Shown: positions 38,479-51,636, numbered from the whole stretch's first letter. The stretch is 63,127 bases of DNA, filler included, from Reticulomyxa filosa (GCA_000512085.1; 15 parts of 15 records of this genome joined end to end with filler, not necessarily neighbours in it); one strand, 5' to 3'. Translations and numbers: made by a program. The notes: a model not told the origin generated them from the letters alone.

Positions 38479-40088
38479 CATTGGTATCTAAATTCATTGG
38501 TTCAACAATGGCAGGTTCAGAAGTCGTTATTTCCTCGCGTGTTTCTGTTTCATTTTGCGTTGTCGATGTTGCGTTATTTGCGTTATTATCGTTCATTTTA
38601 CTGTCCTCGTCTTTGTTTGCATCATTGTTTTCAGTTTGCTTTTCTTTCTCTTGTTCTTTTTCATCAGTATTTGTTTTTTCCTTTTCTTTTTCTTTTTCTT
38701 CCTGTTCTTTTGTTTGAAGCAATTGTAGCGTACTCATGTAAGTAACAATTTCAGCCTCCAATCGATCGACTTGTTCTTTTTGTTCGGCGGTTGGGTTAAG
38801 CAAATATTGAATGGCATGTCTTAGATTTTTGCTCGTTGCAATTAAAGCGGCTCTGCATCTGGCCTCGTTGAAGCCCATGTCTTGAAGGGACCTCACGTCC
38901 AACGAGTTTAAGCGCATCGATCGTTGCAAGATCTTAGCCATGAGCAACGCACGCTTTTCGATATTAAAGCATTGGTCCATTGTCTGTTCATAGTGATTGT
39001 CCGTCTGTTTCAACGCCTCCACCGCAATTTCCTCCGGGATTCCCGTCTCTTTTATTTTGTCCAACATGTTCACATCGATGAAGCGATTACCTTTGGTTTT
39101 ACCATAGCGACGAGCTCGGGCGCGTTCCTATTTGGAATTTACATATGTGTATATATGTATGTATATATATATATATATATATATACATACATATACATAT
39201 ATATATGTATATTTATATATTATATAAAAATTAACAGCCAATCGTCTTTGCTCATCTTCATCGCGCTGTCTTGTTTCATTTCGTTTGGCAAAGACGTGTT
39301 GAATTGCTTCTTCCATATTGGATTGACACAATCGTAGGGCTCTGGTCGCCTCTTTTTCGGTAAAGCCCATACTTTGCATTTCGGCCAAATTAGTGTCCGA
39401 GATTTGTAGTCGTCTCCAATCCGTTTCAGCTTTGATGACAAAGTTGCGTGCGCCGTCCAAGTCATTTTGATAAAAGCACTGCAAGGCCTTCAATATGTTC
39501 AATCGCACATACAACGCCAACTCAGGTATAAATCCATTCCCACGCAATTCTCTCAGTCGTTCCATATTCTTCCCGTGGGCTTGTTTCAATCCATGCTCTG
39601 CTATTTGTAGTCACTGATGAGCCTGGATGATTTGCTTTTCGTCTTGTTTCAAATAAAATAGCCACACAATCTAATCATTACATTGTTGTTACAAGACTTT
39701 CTTGTTTATCATTTATATACATATATGTACATATAGAAATATACATTTATTGTATGTTTTACACATGTATGATAACTGTGAATATAAAATGAAAAGAAAT
39801 ATAAAGACATAACATCCAAGCAAACCAATCCATAATTGTCGATTATTTCCAGCCATTTTTTATCTGCTTGAGAAAACGACTCAAATGCCAACTGCATGAG
39901 GTGCAAGGCATCTTCATATTGTTTCTGTCATTTATGTAATTATTATTTTGGCATTGTGTATTTTTTTTTATGTCTTTCTTCAAAAAAAAAAGTGGTTCAC
40001 GGATAAAGTCAGTACAAATATTTCTTTTTTTTTAAAAAAAAAATAACCCAACTCGTCTTAAAAAGGTTTTGCCTTTTTCATGCAGAGT
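38479..40088 (-). CDS. NUB1: NEDD8 ultimate buster 1-like protein with three UBA domains (partial at both ends; one in-frame TGA at 39611-39613)
   Basis: LHEKGK, YEDAL, IIDNYGLVCLD|IVWLFY, AHGKNMERL, PELALYVRL; UBA repeats MGFTEKEATRALR, GIPEEIAVEALKQTDN and MGFNEARCRAAL. Confidence 0.9.
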
Positions 40089-40188
40089 NNNNNNNNNNNN
40101 NNNNNNNNNNNNNNNNNNNNNNNNNNNNNNNNTTAATTAATTAANNNNNNNNNNNNNNNNNNNNNNNNNNNNNNNNNNNNNNNNNNNN
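40089..40188. other. Artificial contig spacer
   Basis: N44-TTAATTAATTAA-N44. Confidence 0.98.
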
Positions 40189-40249
40189 ATATATATATAT
40201 ATATTATATATAATATGCTATATATAAATTCAATATGTACGTATACTAA

Positions 40250-41318
40250 ACGTAGTCATTGAAATCGGGGACGTAATGCTTATCAAAAAAGAATGCACCT
40301 TCGTTAAAAACCTTGCGAATTGATCAATTCTCGATCGCGAATGTGATTGATTGTCGCTTGAATACCTTCGTCATTGAGAAATGTGATAATATCTTGCAAC
40401 AACTTTGAGTCGAATATGTCCTCGTTCAATTGTTCCCTCCATTGTCTATGTATTCCATTCGATGCATTTGTGGATTCGTCCAATCGATTCATACTCCCTC
40501 GCGGTGATTTGTTCAGTAATCGATTCGCGCTCACTCGCGGTGATTTGTCTATCAAAGGTCTGTTCCCATTCGCATCGCCATTTACATTACTGTTTGTATT
40601 GCTGTTTGCATTGCTGTTTGTATTGCTACTTTCATTTGAACTTGCACTTTTGTTTGCATTCCAATTCAAATGTGTGCTTGGGGTCATGTTACCTTCACTT
40701 AATTCCAAACCACTAAATTTCAACAGCAAATGCCGATTCGACGGAGACACACTGCATTCTTTATGTCCACAAGAGCTCAAACTTATTGACTCTCGTGCGT
40801 ATTGTCGTAATGCTTTCAAAACATGCTTTGTTTTTTTGTTTTTTTTTTTTGTACCTTACATACATATACAATTATATACATGTATATACATTTATTTGTA
40901 TGTGATGATCACATATGCGTATGACACATATGTGAGACACTTGTGCGAAACTAAAACACATAATTTCTTGGCATTCATAAGTTCCATTTGTTGCACTGGG
41001 CAATTCCCACAAAACTCACGAATTTGCTTGAATATTGACGCTTTGGTTTTGTTCGTTCAATTTCAAGTTTTGTGATCTCACAATTTTGTTTTTCTTCTCA
41101 AATACCTAACTTTTGCCAGTGCCATCGGTCTGTTGTTTTGTTGTTCACTCTTTTTTTTATTTGTTTTTGATAACTTTTCTTTCAAAGAGTAAGTTAACTC
41201 CTAACATCAACACACGAGCCGTTTCTGTTTTTTCATTTGGTACAGCTTCGTCATCGTGAGTTACATTTTTTGAGTTAAAACATGACACTGTTCGTGTATG
41301 ATGATGTGGTCGTTGCAT
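40250..41318 (-). CDS. Highly divergent heterotrimeric G-protein alpha subunit-like protein (3' truncated)
   Basis: Splicing two short introns gives RVLMLG|TDGTGK|TSIFKQIR; later IITFLNDEGIQATI and, after a T5-run frameshift, GAFFFDKHYVPDFNDY (G-alpha IxxLWxDxGIQ..AxYFxD..YxPT..D). Confidence 0.65.
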
Positions 41319-43599
41319 GTCCACAAAGATGAATGGGAAGAAATTTTACAAAAAACACATTATACGCAATTATTGGGACTTTTGTTGTTTCTGACGATCA
41401 AAATTCGCACTTTCCAAAATCTTAAGAATGAAAACGAAATTTACACTTTGAATAATTACATAATAGAATAAAAACCATTTCTACTTACAATATAACAAAA
41501 ATTGTTTCACACTTTTGGCAATTGTAAGCGAAACGTAATGGTAAAAACTATTTTTGAGCAACATGTAAATATTTAACATGCGAGTTTATTTTGTTTATAC
41601 AGATATTTGGTAACGCCACTATCAAGAATATGAGTACTTGTTGATTTGTGGCTTATCAATAAAGCGACATTTTTCATTTACACTATCTTGTTCTATTCAA
41701 GTCATTTTATTTTTTTTCATAATTTTTTATTTAGAAAAATCAATAAAATAAAAAACTTACTTTGGTTATAACACAACACAAGTGTTTGACTTCACTTAAT
41801 GTTAGGGAGCTGTTTCTGACTTGTCTTTTGTTGGTAGTGAAGTGAAAAAAGTTCTTCTTTCATATTGACAACAATGATGACAAATAAGCAGAATAAAAAA
41901 AATTGAACTACACACTTTTCGTTGCCCCCATTTTAGTCGATTTTTTTTATTGTTTGATCAATACGATAATTCAACAATATTTTCTAATAATTACAAAAAT
42001 CTTCTAAATTAAAATCTGTCTCACTAATAGCATTTATAGTATAACTATCAAGGAAAAAAGCTTTTGGACAAAAACTCTATTTTTAATTCGTTTACATAAG
42101 GAACTTTCTACTTCAATCACAAAACTAGATAGAAATTCGAAAAATACTTGATTTTGACTTGCGTTGGTTCTTGCTACTTTCGTATCCAAACATCATGTTG
42201 CATATATATACACTTACACGTTAATGTATGCAATATGTTTTTATTTGCATTTGCAATGAAACAAAGTATGTTTCCATATTTACGCTTTTACAAAATGTAC
42301 TATCCCAGCAGAAGAGTCAATTTTGGTGTTATCTTAAATTTGCACATAGTTCGAACAGTTTTTATTGCTATCCATTTGAACTAATTCCTCGTCGAATTCC
42401 AATATCGTCCAACTACATTATATTTAAATTGTCTTTACTTTTTTTTCGTTTTTGAGATTTCATTTTCGTTTTTTCGCATTAACTTTTTTGTTTTTGGTTT
42501 ATACGTCATAAACTTATTGTATCTTTTTCTATTTTCTGTTGTTTGTCTTCTTCACATTTTAACAAACACAAGCTTTGTTTTTTTCATTAAACACTTCAAA
42601 ATTTTTTTGTGCATTGCATAGTGTAGCGTTTGAATAGATTAAACAGATATACATTATAAATTTTAAAAAAGACGAACAAACACCTTTTTCATAGTCGTGC
42701 GCTAAATCGTTATTTTTGATTGACTTAATATGATGTTTCAAATATTTTATTACAATTCACTTGATTACCAAAAGTACAACATCAATGGCACATTAGTTAT
42801 TAAATAATCAGCTATTTTTTTTATTGAGTTAAAGAAAATATTTATAGTTCAAATGAAAAATAATTTGACATAATGATCTTTTTGCCAAAGATAAAAAGAC
42901 ATGTTGCATAACAGTGATATTTACAAAAGATTGCAATGTATTTGTTTGCTGTTACAATATGCTTTACAAAGCTTAAAAAATACGCTGTTTGAATCAATCT
43001 AACTCGTGCTTAATGTAAATATGATATCTTGTGAAAATTTGACACATGGGCCACTTAATCAGTCAATTTACTGATTAAATATGAATATTATCGAAATATC
43101 AGCTTTTTTAATGCTGTTTGTTATCAAACTTTACAATGTCTATGATAAATTGATAACTTTGAGCAAACTTATCAAATAATTTTTCAGTCTTAGCCAGTTG
43201 ATTTTTTGTTCATTTGTTCTTTGAGTCTTTTCTTCATCAATGTACAGAACCACTATCTTGATTGTCTGGTAATTTAATGTCTACTTTTTCAAAATAGTCA
43301 AAAGCTCAAGCACATTACGGTAAACAAAATAAAAAAAACGGAACTAGCCCCCTTTTGAAGTTCTTTCATTTACTATTATTTTTAAGTTGTTTGAGGAAGC
43401 AAAGAATCAAACTAAAAAAACAAACTAGTTTTGAATAAATTTCTTGTGTCTATTGAACAGAAAACATGCTGGCATACACAATGTATTAGCTCGCAATTGT
43501 TCACTCAGATTTGTGTAGCGCTACCTTTTTTTAGAAAAATGGGGTTTAAAAAAAGTCGATAATGTTCGAATTGACTTTATTTGCTTTTTTCTTATGTTT

Positions 43600-44390
43600 A
43601 ACATTTGGAACTGGAGGCTATGGTCCAGATAGTGCCATCAATTTCAGTGGCTACATACCAGGTTCTCTATTTCTTTTTTGGATTTCGCAAAGCACAAGAT
43701 AAAGCAAAAAGAAACAAATAAATAAACACAAGTCCATAACAACGAACGTCATTTATTTTATTGGTTCTTTGAGTCTCGTCAAGATCCAGCTAACGACCCA
43801 CTGTTGATATGGCTAACCGGAGGTCCAGGCTGTAGCTCAATGCTTGCGTTAATGGAGGAAAACGGCCCATACCATGTTCAAAACGACTTGTCTTTGACAA
43901 TTAACAATTACTCATGGACCGAACAAGCAAATGTAATTTGGGTCGACCAGCCCTCGCAAACGGGGTATTCTTACGATGACAAGTATGTCATCGACGGAGT
44001 ATACAACGAAGATGAAGTTGCAGATGATTTGTATGAATTCATCCAAACTTTTTTGCAAGCCAATCCAAAATACAGCAAATTGAATTTTTACGTGACTGGA
44101 GAAAGGTATGCATTTTTTTTTTTTTTTTTTCCAAAGTCTCTGTTCACGTATACTTGCACATATAATACTTGTTCGTATGTGTAATGTTTTCACTTGTTAT
44201 GCGTACTGCGTACATCAGTTACGCGGGCCATTACGTACCCCATTTCAGCAAAAAAATTTTTGACATGAACAAACAACTTGGTCCCAATGACATCTATATC
44301 AATTTGAAGGGATTGGCAATTGGTGATGGACTTGTTGGAAATTTTTTTTTTTTTTTTTTTTTTTGAAAGGAAATAAATGATGCGAAAAAA
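43600..44390 (+). CDS. Serine carboxypeptidase (peptidase S10); start exon uncertain, 3' truncated
   Basis: [57 protein letters not shown]|[18 protein letters not shown]. Confidence 0.95.
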
Positions 44391-44490
44391 NNNNNNNNNN
44401 NNNNNNNNNNNNNNNNNNNNNNNNNNNNNNNNNNTTAATTAATTAANNNNNNNNNNNNNNNNNNNNNNNNNNNNNNNNNNNNNNNNNNNN
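44391..44490. other. Artificial contig spacer
   Basis: N44-TTAATTAATTAA-N44. Confidence 0.98.
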
Positions 44491-45861
44491 TGATACGTAG
44501 TGGCCAAGTACTTTTCAATGCACGAAAATATCACTGCCACCATTTTCAATTCCGCATATCTTTGTTTCGTCCTTTTTTTAGTTAAATTCTCTTTTTTTCT
44601 CCTCTCCCAACTATAGTGAAGCATTTTTCCTTTTTTTTTCAATTGACAAGAAAATTTAAAAAAAGATATATTTTTAAATTTTAAGTTTCGAACTGTCTTC
44701 AAATATATCTTCGTGGAAAAATCAAAAAAAAAATTTGAATCGCTTGCAAGACTCTTTGTGAAAATGTATTCTTGTCAGTTTTTCTTAAAAACAATGTATT
44801 TTAAAAAGACGTTGATGTTTAAATAATATAAAAAGTAATATTTGAAAAAATGAAATAAAAATAAATTGGAATTTATAAATTTAAATAATTCTTTTTAGTT
44901 ACTTAAAAATAATGTAAGAAATGTTGAAAATAAGTGAAAATTATATAATAAAAAATTGTAATAAAATAAGAAACAAATACATAAAAAATAAATTCTTTCA
45001 ATAATGGCAATTTTTTTATAATGTGAATAAATTAAAATTTTTTGAAGTTAAAAAATGAATTTTTGGATAAATTTCACTTCAACAAACTTTTTTAATTATT
45101 TCCGATGGAAGAAAGAAAAAGACAACTAAAGATTTATCTAAATGAATTGCTATCCAGATGCCAGTGTATAAATTGCTGCATGTATGGAGGACTAGTAGTA
45201 GTCCAAAGTTTAAGCGTAATTGGGTTGCTTTATGGAATATATATTGGAATGATATGCGTTATGGTGTTAGCATTATTTTTTGGATTAATTTTTCTTGTCG
45301 TTCCATTAACAAGTTAATTATATATACATATTTTTTCATTTAGATATTTTGTTTTTGTTTTTTTCAGGAAGGACTGTTTTGGTCCGCGAACACCGTAGTA
45401 TCAATTCTTCAAGATCTTCTAACTATGCAAGCAATTCAACATATCCGAACAATAAAAACAATTACAACAAGTCAAGATATTTTAATTCAAACTCTAACAG
45501 CAATTCAAACGATAGCAACACCAATAACAACTTTTAAAAACAATTTTTTTCATTTTCATTTTTAAAAGTTTAATTAATACATGAATTTTGTTATTTTGGT
45601 CATTTTAATTGATATGTTTGTTTATTGAAAGTTTTACAAATACTTTACACTGCTACTTCAAAAAAAAACAGTGAAATGAATCTTTTACTTAAAAAAAAAC
45701 TCTTTTGTTAATATTTTATTTGCCATGTCTTTGCCAGCCAACACAACTGAAGATCATTTGTTGGCTAGTCGCATTATTTTTTCTTTTGACAGACTAAAGA
45801 AAGTTAAGACAACTTTTAGAGAACCAAAAACCAGTTGTATGCGACAGTTTGTTGAAAAGCG

Positions 45862-46542
45862 ATGTTGCAACATAGACACATAACAGTATGTATGAAGCAT
45901 CAAACGATTAGAAAAGAGTTTCATAGCATCATCGTTAGGCGAGCTATTACAAATCTATGGCCACAAATCAACCAGTCAATATATGGCTGGTTTACTGACA
46001 ATGAGAATTTAATTAAATTGCATTCGAAAGTGTGTAATTTTTGGTCTGAGAAAGACAAACATTATGCACCAGGGAGTGGTGTCTTTGATCGAGTTAGCAA
46101 TTTTTTACATTCATTGTATCGAAATTTTTCAGATGGACCATTTGGTAATAAACCAGATATCAAATGGAATGTAGTAATCGTTTCGCATGGTCTGTTTATG
46201 AGACTTTTTTTACATCGTTATTTTCGATGGACTGTCGATGAATTTGAACAAGTCAATAATTTTGGCAATTGTGATATATGTATTTTGCGTAAGAAACACA
46301 CAGGCCCATCCATGGGTTCTTATCGTTTGGAAACTCCATTACCTAAATTAAGTCAATCTTCTAGTCCAGTCAACAATACGTTGCTATCCAAATCACGATC
46401 TTCTGATAATAATCTTCAGTCATTTGGATACAATCGATTGGGAGACATTCGCAAACAAGACTATGAAGTGTCAGAAATAACCTTGATACCACTCCTGAAT
46501 CGGTTTCTGCATTATCTAAATTTCACACAATTGAAAAACTAA
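45862..46542 (+). pseudogene. Histidine phosphatase (PGAM-like, Det1/AT74 type) C-terminal half without a clear RHG motif
   Basis: VFDRVSNFLHSLYR..NVVIVSHGLFMRLFLHRYFRWTVDEFEQVNNFGNC; the first ~70 aa of the ORF show no family similarity. Confidence 0.6.
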
Positions 46543-48345
46543 ATGATACTGTAAAAAAAATAAAATTGGAGGTTGTTGTACATGCCTGACTCACAATGTC
46601 TTTTGTTTTCATTCTGTTAAGAATTTCTTGTAAAAAATATCAACATAAAATCATCTATTAATTTTGTATCACAAACTATTTAAAACAAACTGGAGAACAT
46701 ATATTTTGTCATTTATGAATTTATTTTTATTTTATACCATTAATAAGGAGCAGATTTTAAGATATAAGATGCAAGTTTATGCAAATTTATTACTGTTGAA
46801 ATTATTTGATACAGGTAAACATAAATGAATCTTAATTAAAAATATTTATATACTACTGGTGTTATGAATAGTCAATGATATGCAAATGGTTACATCAGCT
46901 AAATAATATTTCAAACATATTAAAAGTTTTTATGTCAGATCTTTGGGGGGTTGGGGAAAAAAACAGAAATTGTCAGGAACAACAATTACCAAAAATAAAA
47001 CTATTGAAACGAAAAACACATCGTAAATAAATTAAAAGTATTACACAGTTGAAAACATTACAGTTTTCAACAAAATAAAATATTAGTTATTGAATTAGTT
47101 TTCTAAATAAAAATATCATTTCTGTATTTTACTGAAATTTGTTTTTTGCTACCCTTTTTAAGGCGATACGAATATCGTTTTCATGTTGTGTTGGCATATA
47201 AAATTTTAAATTTTAATGATCATGTGGCTGCATAATGCTTGTTTTTCATGGAAAGTCTATAGAAAATCCTTAAAAATATTTTATTCTTTTCAAGAATCTA
47301 AAAAAAAGAAAGCCAAAATAAGAACTATCTAATAACATATAATAACAAGGTATTTTCTATCGTTAGTAATATTCAACTTCATCAATTTAGATACCATATC
47401 TCAGTGTGACAAAATATAATCTAACTTTATGGTATTTCAGTTAAACAAAAACAGTATATACAATAAAAAATAATTACATAAATAATTAAATATAATTAAC
47501 AAAATGGAATTTACATGTCATAATTTCAAATTCAATTTGAATAAAATCTATTTGCTGTTACTTTGCTGTGGACACTGATCAAAAGTTCAGCAACTTCTAA
47601 AAAGAGAAAGCTACATATACTTTTTTTTATTGGATATACTAACACAAAGTTTTTTTGTGATTGGTCAAAAAGTTAATTTAGATTTTTGCTTTTTATAGGC
47701 TTTAAAGATCTTTGGGTTTTTTTGCTGCTGAAAGAGGTGTGCAAACTGTAATACGAAAGGTTTTCGCTCTTTTGAGCAATTTAAAACAAAAGAATAATAA
47801 ATCAAATAAAAGAAAAACAAATAACAAGATTCAGCAAGTGAAAGAGGAAAGACAAATCATGAAAGTGAGTATTGTATTGTTAGAATAAAGGTGTTCCAAA
47901 ATTCACTTGGATTTTGCGAGAATTGCTTATTACGACATATCATGTTGAAGTTGGTTGTTGGTGTAGTAAATGGTTATTTTGTTATCCAAGGTCCTCTTTT
48001 TGTTGATTAACGAAAAGATTAATAATTTTTTGTTGCTTTGATAAAATACTTATGGATTTTTTTTAGTGAGTAATATACAAATTTTGAATAAAAGCAGGCA
48101 GGTCAAGCTAACTTATCAAAAAATGTTAACAATATCGTACCAATTGCAAAATTAAGCGATGTGATGAGATATTCGGCAGAAAAAGATATTGAATTGTGTT
48201 TTTCAAATAAACTTCAGTAAGAAACAAATACAAAAAATCAGATCCAGTGTGCACAAGTAAAGACGCAAGAAAAAACAGTAAACATTTATGACATAAATAA
48301 CATTTGGTTGCATAAGATTGATACATGAATTGTTTAATGGCCCGA

Positions 48346-48445
48346 NNNNNNNNNNNNNNNNNNNNNNNNNNNNNNNNNNNNNNNNNNNNTTAATTAATTA
48401 ANNNNNNNNNNNNNNNNNNNNNNNNNNNNNNNNNNNNNNNNNNNN
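48346..48445. other. Artificial contig spacer
   Basis: N44-TTAATTAATTAA-N44. Confidence 0.98.
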
Positions 48446-48648
48446 ATTTAAATTTCTTTTTTTTTTTTTGGAGTTAAAAGGTTCTTTTTATGCTGAATTT
48501 ACATGAAGGCACGAAATATTTTTATAGTTGGATATCTTACAAACAAACTATTGCCACAACCAACTTCGGTAGCTCTTCAAATACACAAAAATATGTCCTT
48601 TCTCAATTACAAAGGAAAAAAAAGAAAAATTTTCAGCAAAATAAAATG

Positions 48649-49852
48649 TCACAATGGAGTCTCAGAGAGAATAATTTCATCAGCGCCATTCTGATTGGTA
48701 TTCTCATTACTCTGCTGGACGTGGTTAACGTCATGTGTCGAGGGCTGCAGTTCTATTGCATTATCGTTAACATTGACAGACACACCATTTTCATTCGGAT
48801 TATCACTAGTTTTGCTATTGGCATTATCACTGTTATTGTTGTTATTATTATCGCTAGCATTTGTGTCATTGCTATTGATATTATTAGTATTGGTATCGGT
48901 ATTGGCGGTATTGTTATCACTTATTTTTGCATTGGATTCCACCTTGTCCTGGGGGGGTCCCAAAGTTTTGGTCATATCACGGATGTGCGAAGAGTGGCGG
49001 CGCCTGTGCGCTTCAGCACGCAGTCCTCCTTGCAGTAATTGGAATAAAGGTAGCATACGAGTACAATTTTGACGAATGGCTTGCCACAATAAGAACGTTT
49101 GATAGAATCCCCAAATTGATAAAATCAAAGTATGTACACGAAAGTCTTCCGTGAACGAGTAGAACAGTGCGATCAACGACATGAAGCCGCAGGGGTATAT
49201 CAATATCTTAGCAACACTCAAAAAATCGCGTTTGTACGTGAGTATGCTAATCGTCGTCATTGTATTTGCAACCCACCCATTTGTTTGTCCATAGTTCAAG
49301 CCCCACAAACATTAAAACACATGCATATGTACATAAATTAAACCAATTATTTGCTTTCCTCTTTCACATTGTCAATGTACAATTGGTAACTCGTTGTGCG
49401 TATATGCGTGTGGTGTAAAAAAAAAAGGTTATTATTTTAACCTTGCCAACAAACGTGCAGCTTTCATAGAGTACACCGGAATAACATATTGAAAGACAAA
49501 CAGGTCCAAATTGACAATCCAAATCGAGTTTAATACATTCAACCCCCAATGTTTGGACATCGGATACTGAATTCTTCTTTCAAAGTTACCTTTATATATG
49601 TACATATATACATGTAAATAACACCTTTTTTTTTTTTTTTTTTATGCGCCCAAAAAGAAAAAGACCTGCCAACACTGCAAAAATCATAAATACGATAACC
49701 AAAGTCAAGTGAATCACCGTTCCAGCAAACAATGACGCTAACAAATGGTACCAATTTTTGAAGTCATAACCATACCCAATCACTCCATAAGGCCACATTA
49801 TGCATCGATGGAGTTTTGCGTCGGCCTAGTGTTATTTGATTTTTGATTTGCC
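48649..49852 (-). CDS. Multi-pass membrane protein of unrecognised family with an Asn-rich tail (5' truncated)
   Basis: Three spliceable exons with several hydrophobic helices (WYHLLASLFAG.., WGLNVLNSIW.., ILIYPCGFMSLIALFY.., LILSIWGFYQTFLLW); stop at 48649. Confidence 0.65.
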
Positions 49853-49952
49853 NNNNNNNNNNNNNNNNNNNNNNNNNNNNNNNNNNNNNNNNNNNNTTAA
49901 TTAATTAANNNNNNNNNNNNNNNNNNNNNNNNNNNNNNNNNNNNNNNNNNNN
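49853..49952. other. Artificial contig spacer
   Basis: N44-TTAATTAATTAA-N44. Confidence 0.98.
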
Positions 49953-50357
49953 ACAATCCCAATCTCAATCTCAAAAGAAAAGTTGTCCACAAGTCGAATT
50001 GGATAATGATAATTACAATAGCGCTGAGGATGAAACATTTGATGTTATTCAAGATATTAAAAATAATTTACTTGATTGTCAGAATGGAGAAAATCAAGTT
50101 TTGATATCTCAATTTCAATGTTTAATACATATTTATTTATTCTATTTTTTTTTTTTTTAAAAAAAAAGAAACAAGTTTCGAAAGAATTAGAAAAAGAAAA
50201 AGTATCTTCTCAAAATGGTGAATCTTGCAATTGGAGACAAATGTTATTGAATTACGAATTAGGAAATGAACGTGATAGTGATTTAGAAGTGTATAATCCT
50301 GACGATACTGAAAATGAAAGTGAAGGATCAGAAGAAATTTTGTTGGATGATGAATAA
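49953..50357 (+). CDS. Acidic C-terminal fragment of an unknown protein (5' truncated)
   Basis: Open frame from the contig start, a probable intron, then ..NWRQMLLNYELGNERDSDLEVYNPDD..LLDDE-stop. Confidence 0.4.
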
Positions 50358-50467
50358 TTTTTTGTTTCATTTTTATTTATTTATCTTTTTTTTAAATTGA
50401 AAAAGTAAAGAATTTTGCAAGAAAAAAATTTTAAAAAATATTCGATATGATCTATTCTTATTTTTAT

Positions 50468-51636
50468 TAATCAGAAAAATTGCTAAACTCTCTTTCAGGC
50501 TCGGAAGTGTTTACAAAACGAAAAGAAAGTGCAGCCACAACAGCTCCAATTAATGGAGCAATCCTATTTTATTTACATTATTTTATAAATAAAAATAAAA
50601 ATAAAAAATAAAAAACAAAACATACCAATAAATCCATAAATGTTGAGCTGTTCCTCCAGCCAAAACATTGGAAATTGTAAGTGCAGTAGCAACAGCAGGA
50701 TTAAATATTCCTCCGCTGATGTTCCAAACTGCACCACATCCAACAGATACTGTTAATCCAATTGCTACGCCATAAAAAAAATTTCCCTTTTATTATTATT
50801 ATCATTATTATCATTATTGTCATTATTATCATTATAATTATTTTTCATTTTTACTTATTTATTTATTTAACTCTTTGTGATTCAGTTGTTGCTACACTTA
50901 AAACAACAATAGACAAAGTAAATGAATACAATAATTCTGCAAAAAATGCACGCCAATCAGCTTCTATACAAAATAATAATAATAATAATAATTATTATTA
51001 TTATTTTAATTTTAAATAAATAATACAAATATATAATATATAACTTTCAGGTTCAAGTGTTGCATAATGATTGGTCAATAAAAAACTTAAAAACATTCCA
51101 GTAATAGCTGCTGCTACTTGAACTATCCAAAACATTATTACATCATTTAATGCTATAAATCCTCGTATGAATATTGTCGTTGTAACCGCTATGTATATAT
51201 GTATATGTATATAATATAATACATACATTTTACAATTTTATAATTTTTTTTTTTTTTTTTAAAAACCTGGATTAAAATGTGCTCCTGACACATGTCCAAA
51301 TGTGTAAATCATTGCTACTAATATAAATCCGACACTCAAAGGTACTACACTTGCATGTCCATTTATACTATTTCCATTTATATTTGATTCACTTTGTTCT
51401 GCTTTTACTGTTCCCATTGTCATTGTATAAATCATTGTTCCAATAAACTCTGCTGCATACATTGGAATACTTTCACGACAATTCCATTCGTTTTCTTCTT
51501 CCTCGTCTTCTTCTTTTTCTTCTTCAAGACCCACCGTACTCCCGGCACGTGTATTTATTGAACTCGCTTCTGCAAGTAACACATTCGCAGCACCAAAAGC
51601 ATGAGGCTTGCGTTTCTGGCGATGTCGACAGCACAT
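50468..51636 (-). CDS. Aquaporin / major intrinsic protein, multi-exon
   Basis: AEFIGT, GHVSGAHFNP|AVT, QVAAAITG, AFFAELLYSF, GVAIGLTV, ISGGIFNPAVA, HLWIYW, APLIGAVVAA. Confidence 0.95.

Noticed and set aside
39611-39613. Genome-wide UGA reassignment or selenocysteine
   Set aside because: TGA terminates the capping enzyme, PP2C, LIS1 and archaemetzincin ORFs at expected ends, and the aligned NUB1 position is not a Cys as far as I can align it.
44491-44543. Gene start MVAVIFSCIEKYLATTY at the contig edge
   Set aside because: Only 17 codons visible; cannot be supported.
46600-48345. Long AT-rich tracts (also 6470-7550, 20500-21550, 41400-43200, 55600-57100)
   Set aside because: No ORF, repeat unit or stable structure seen; treated as ordinary intergenic DNA.
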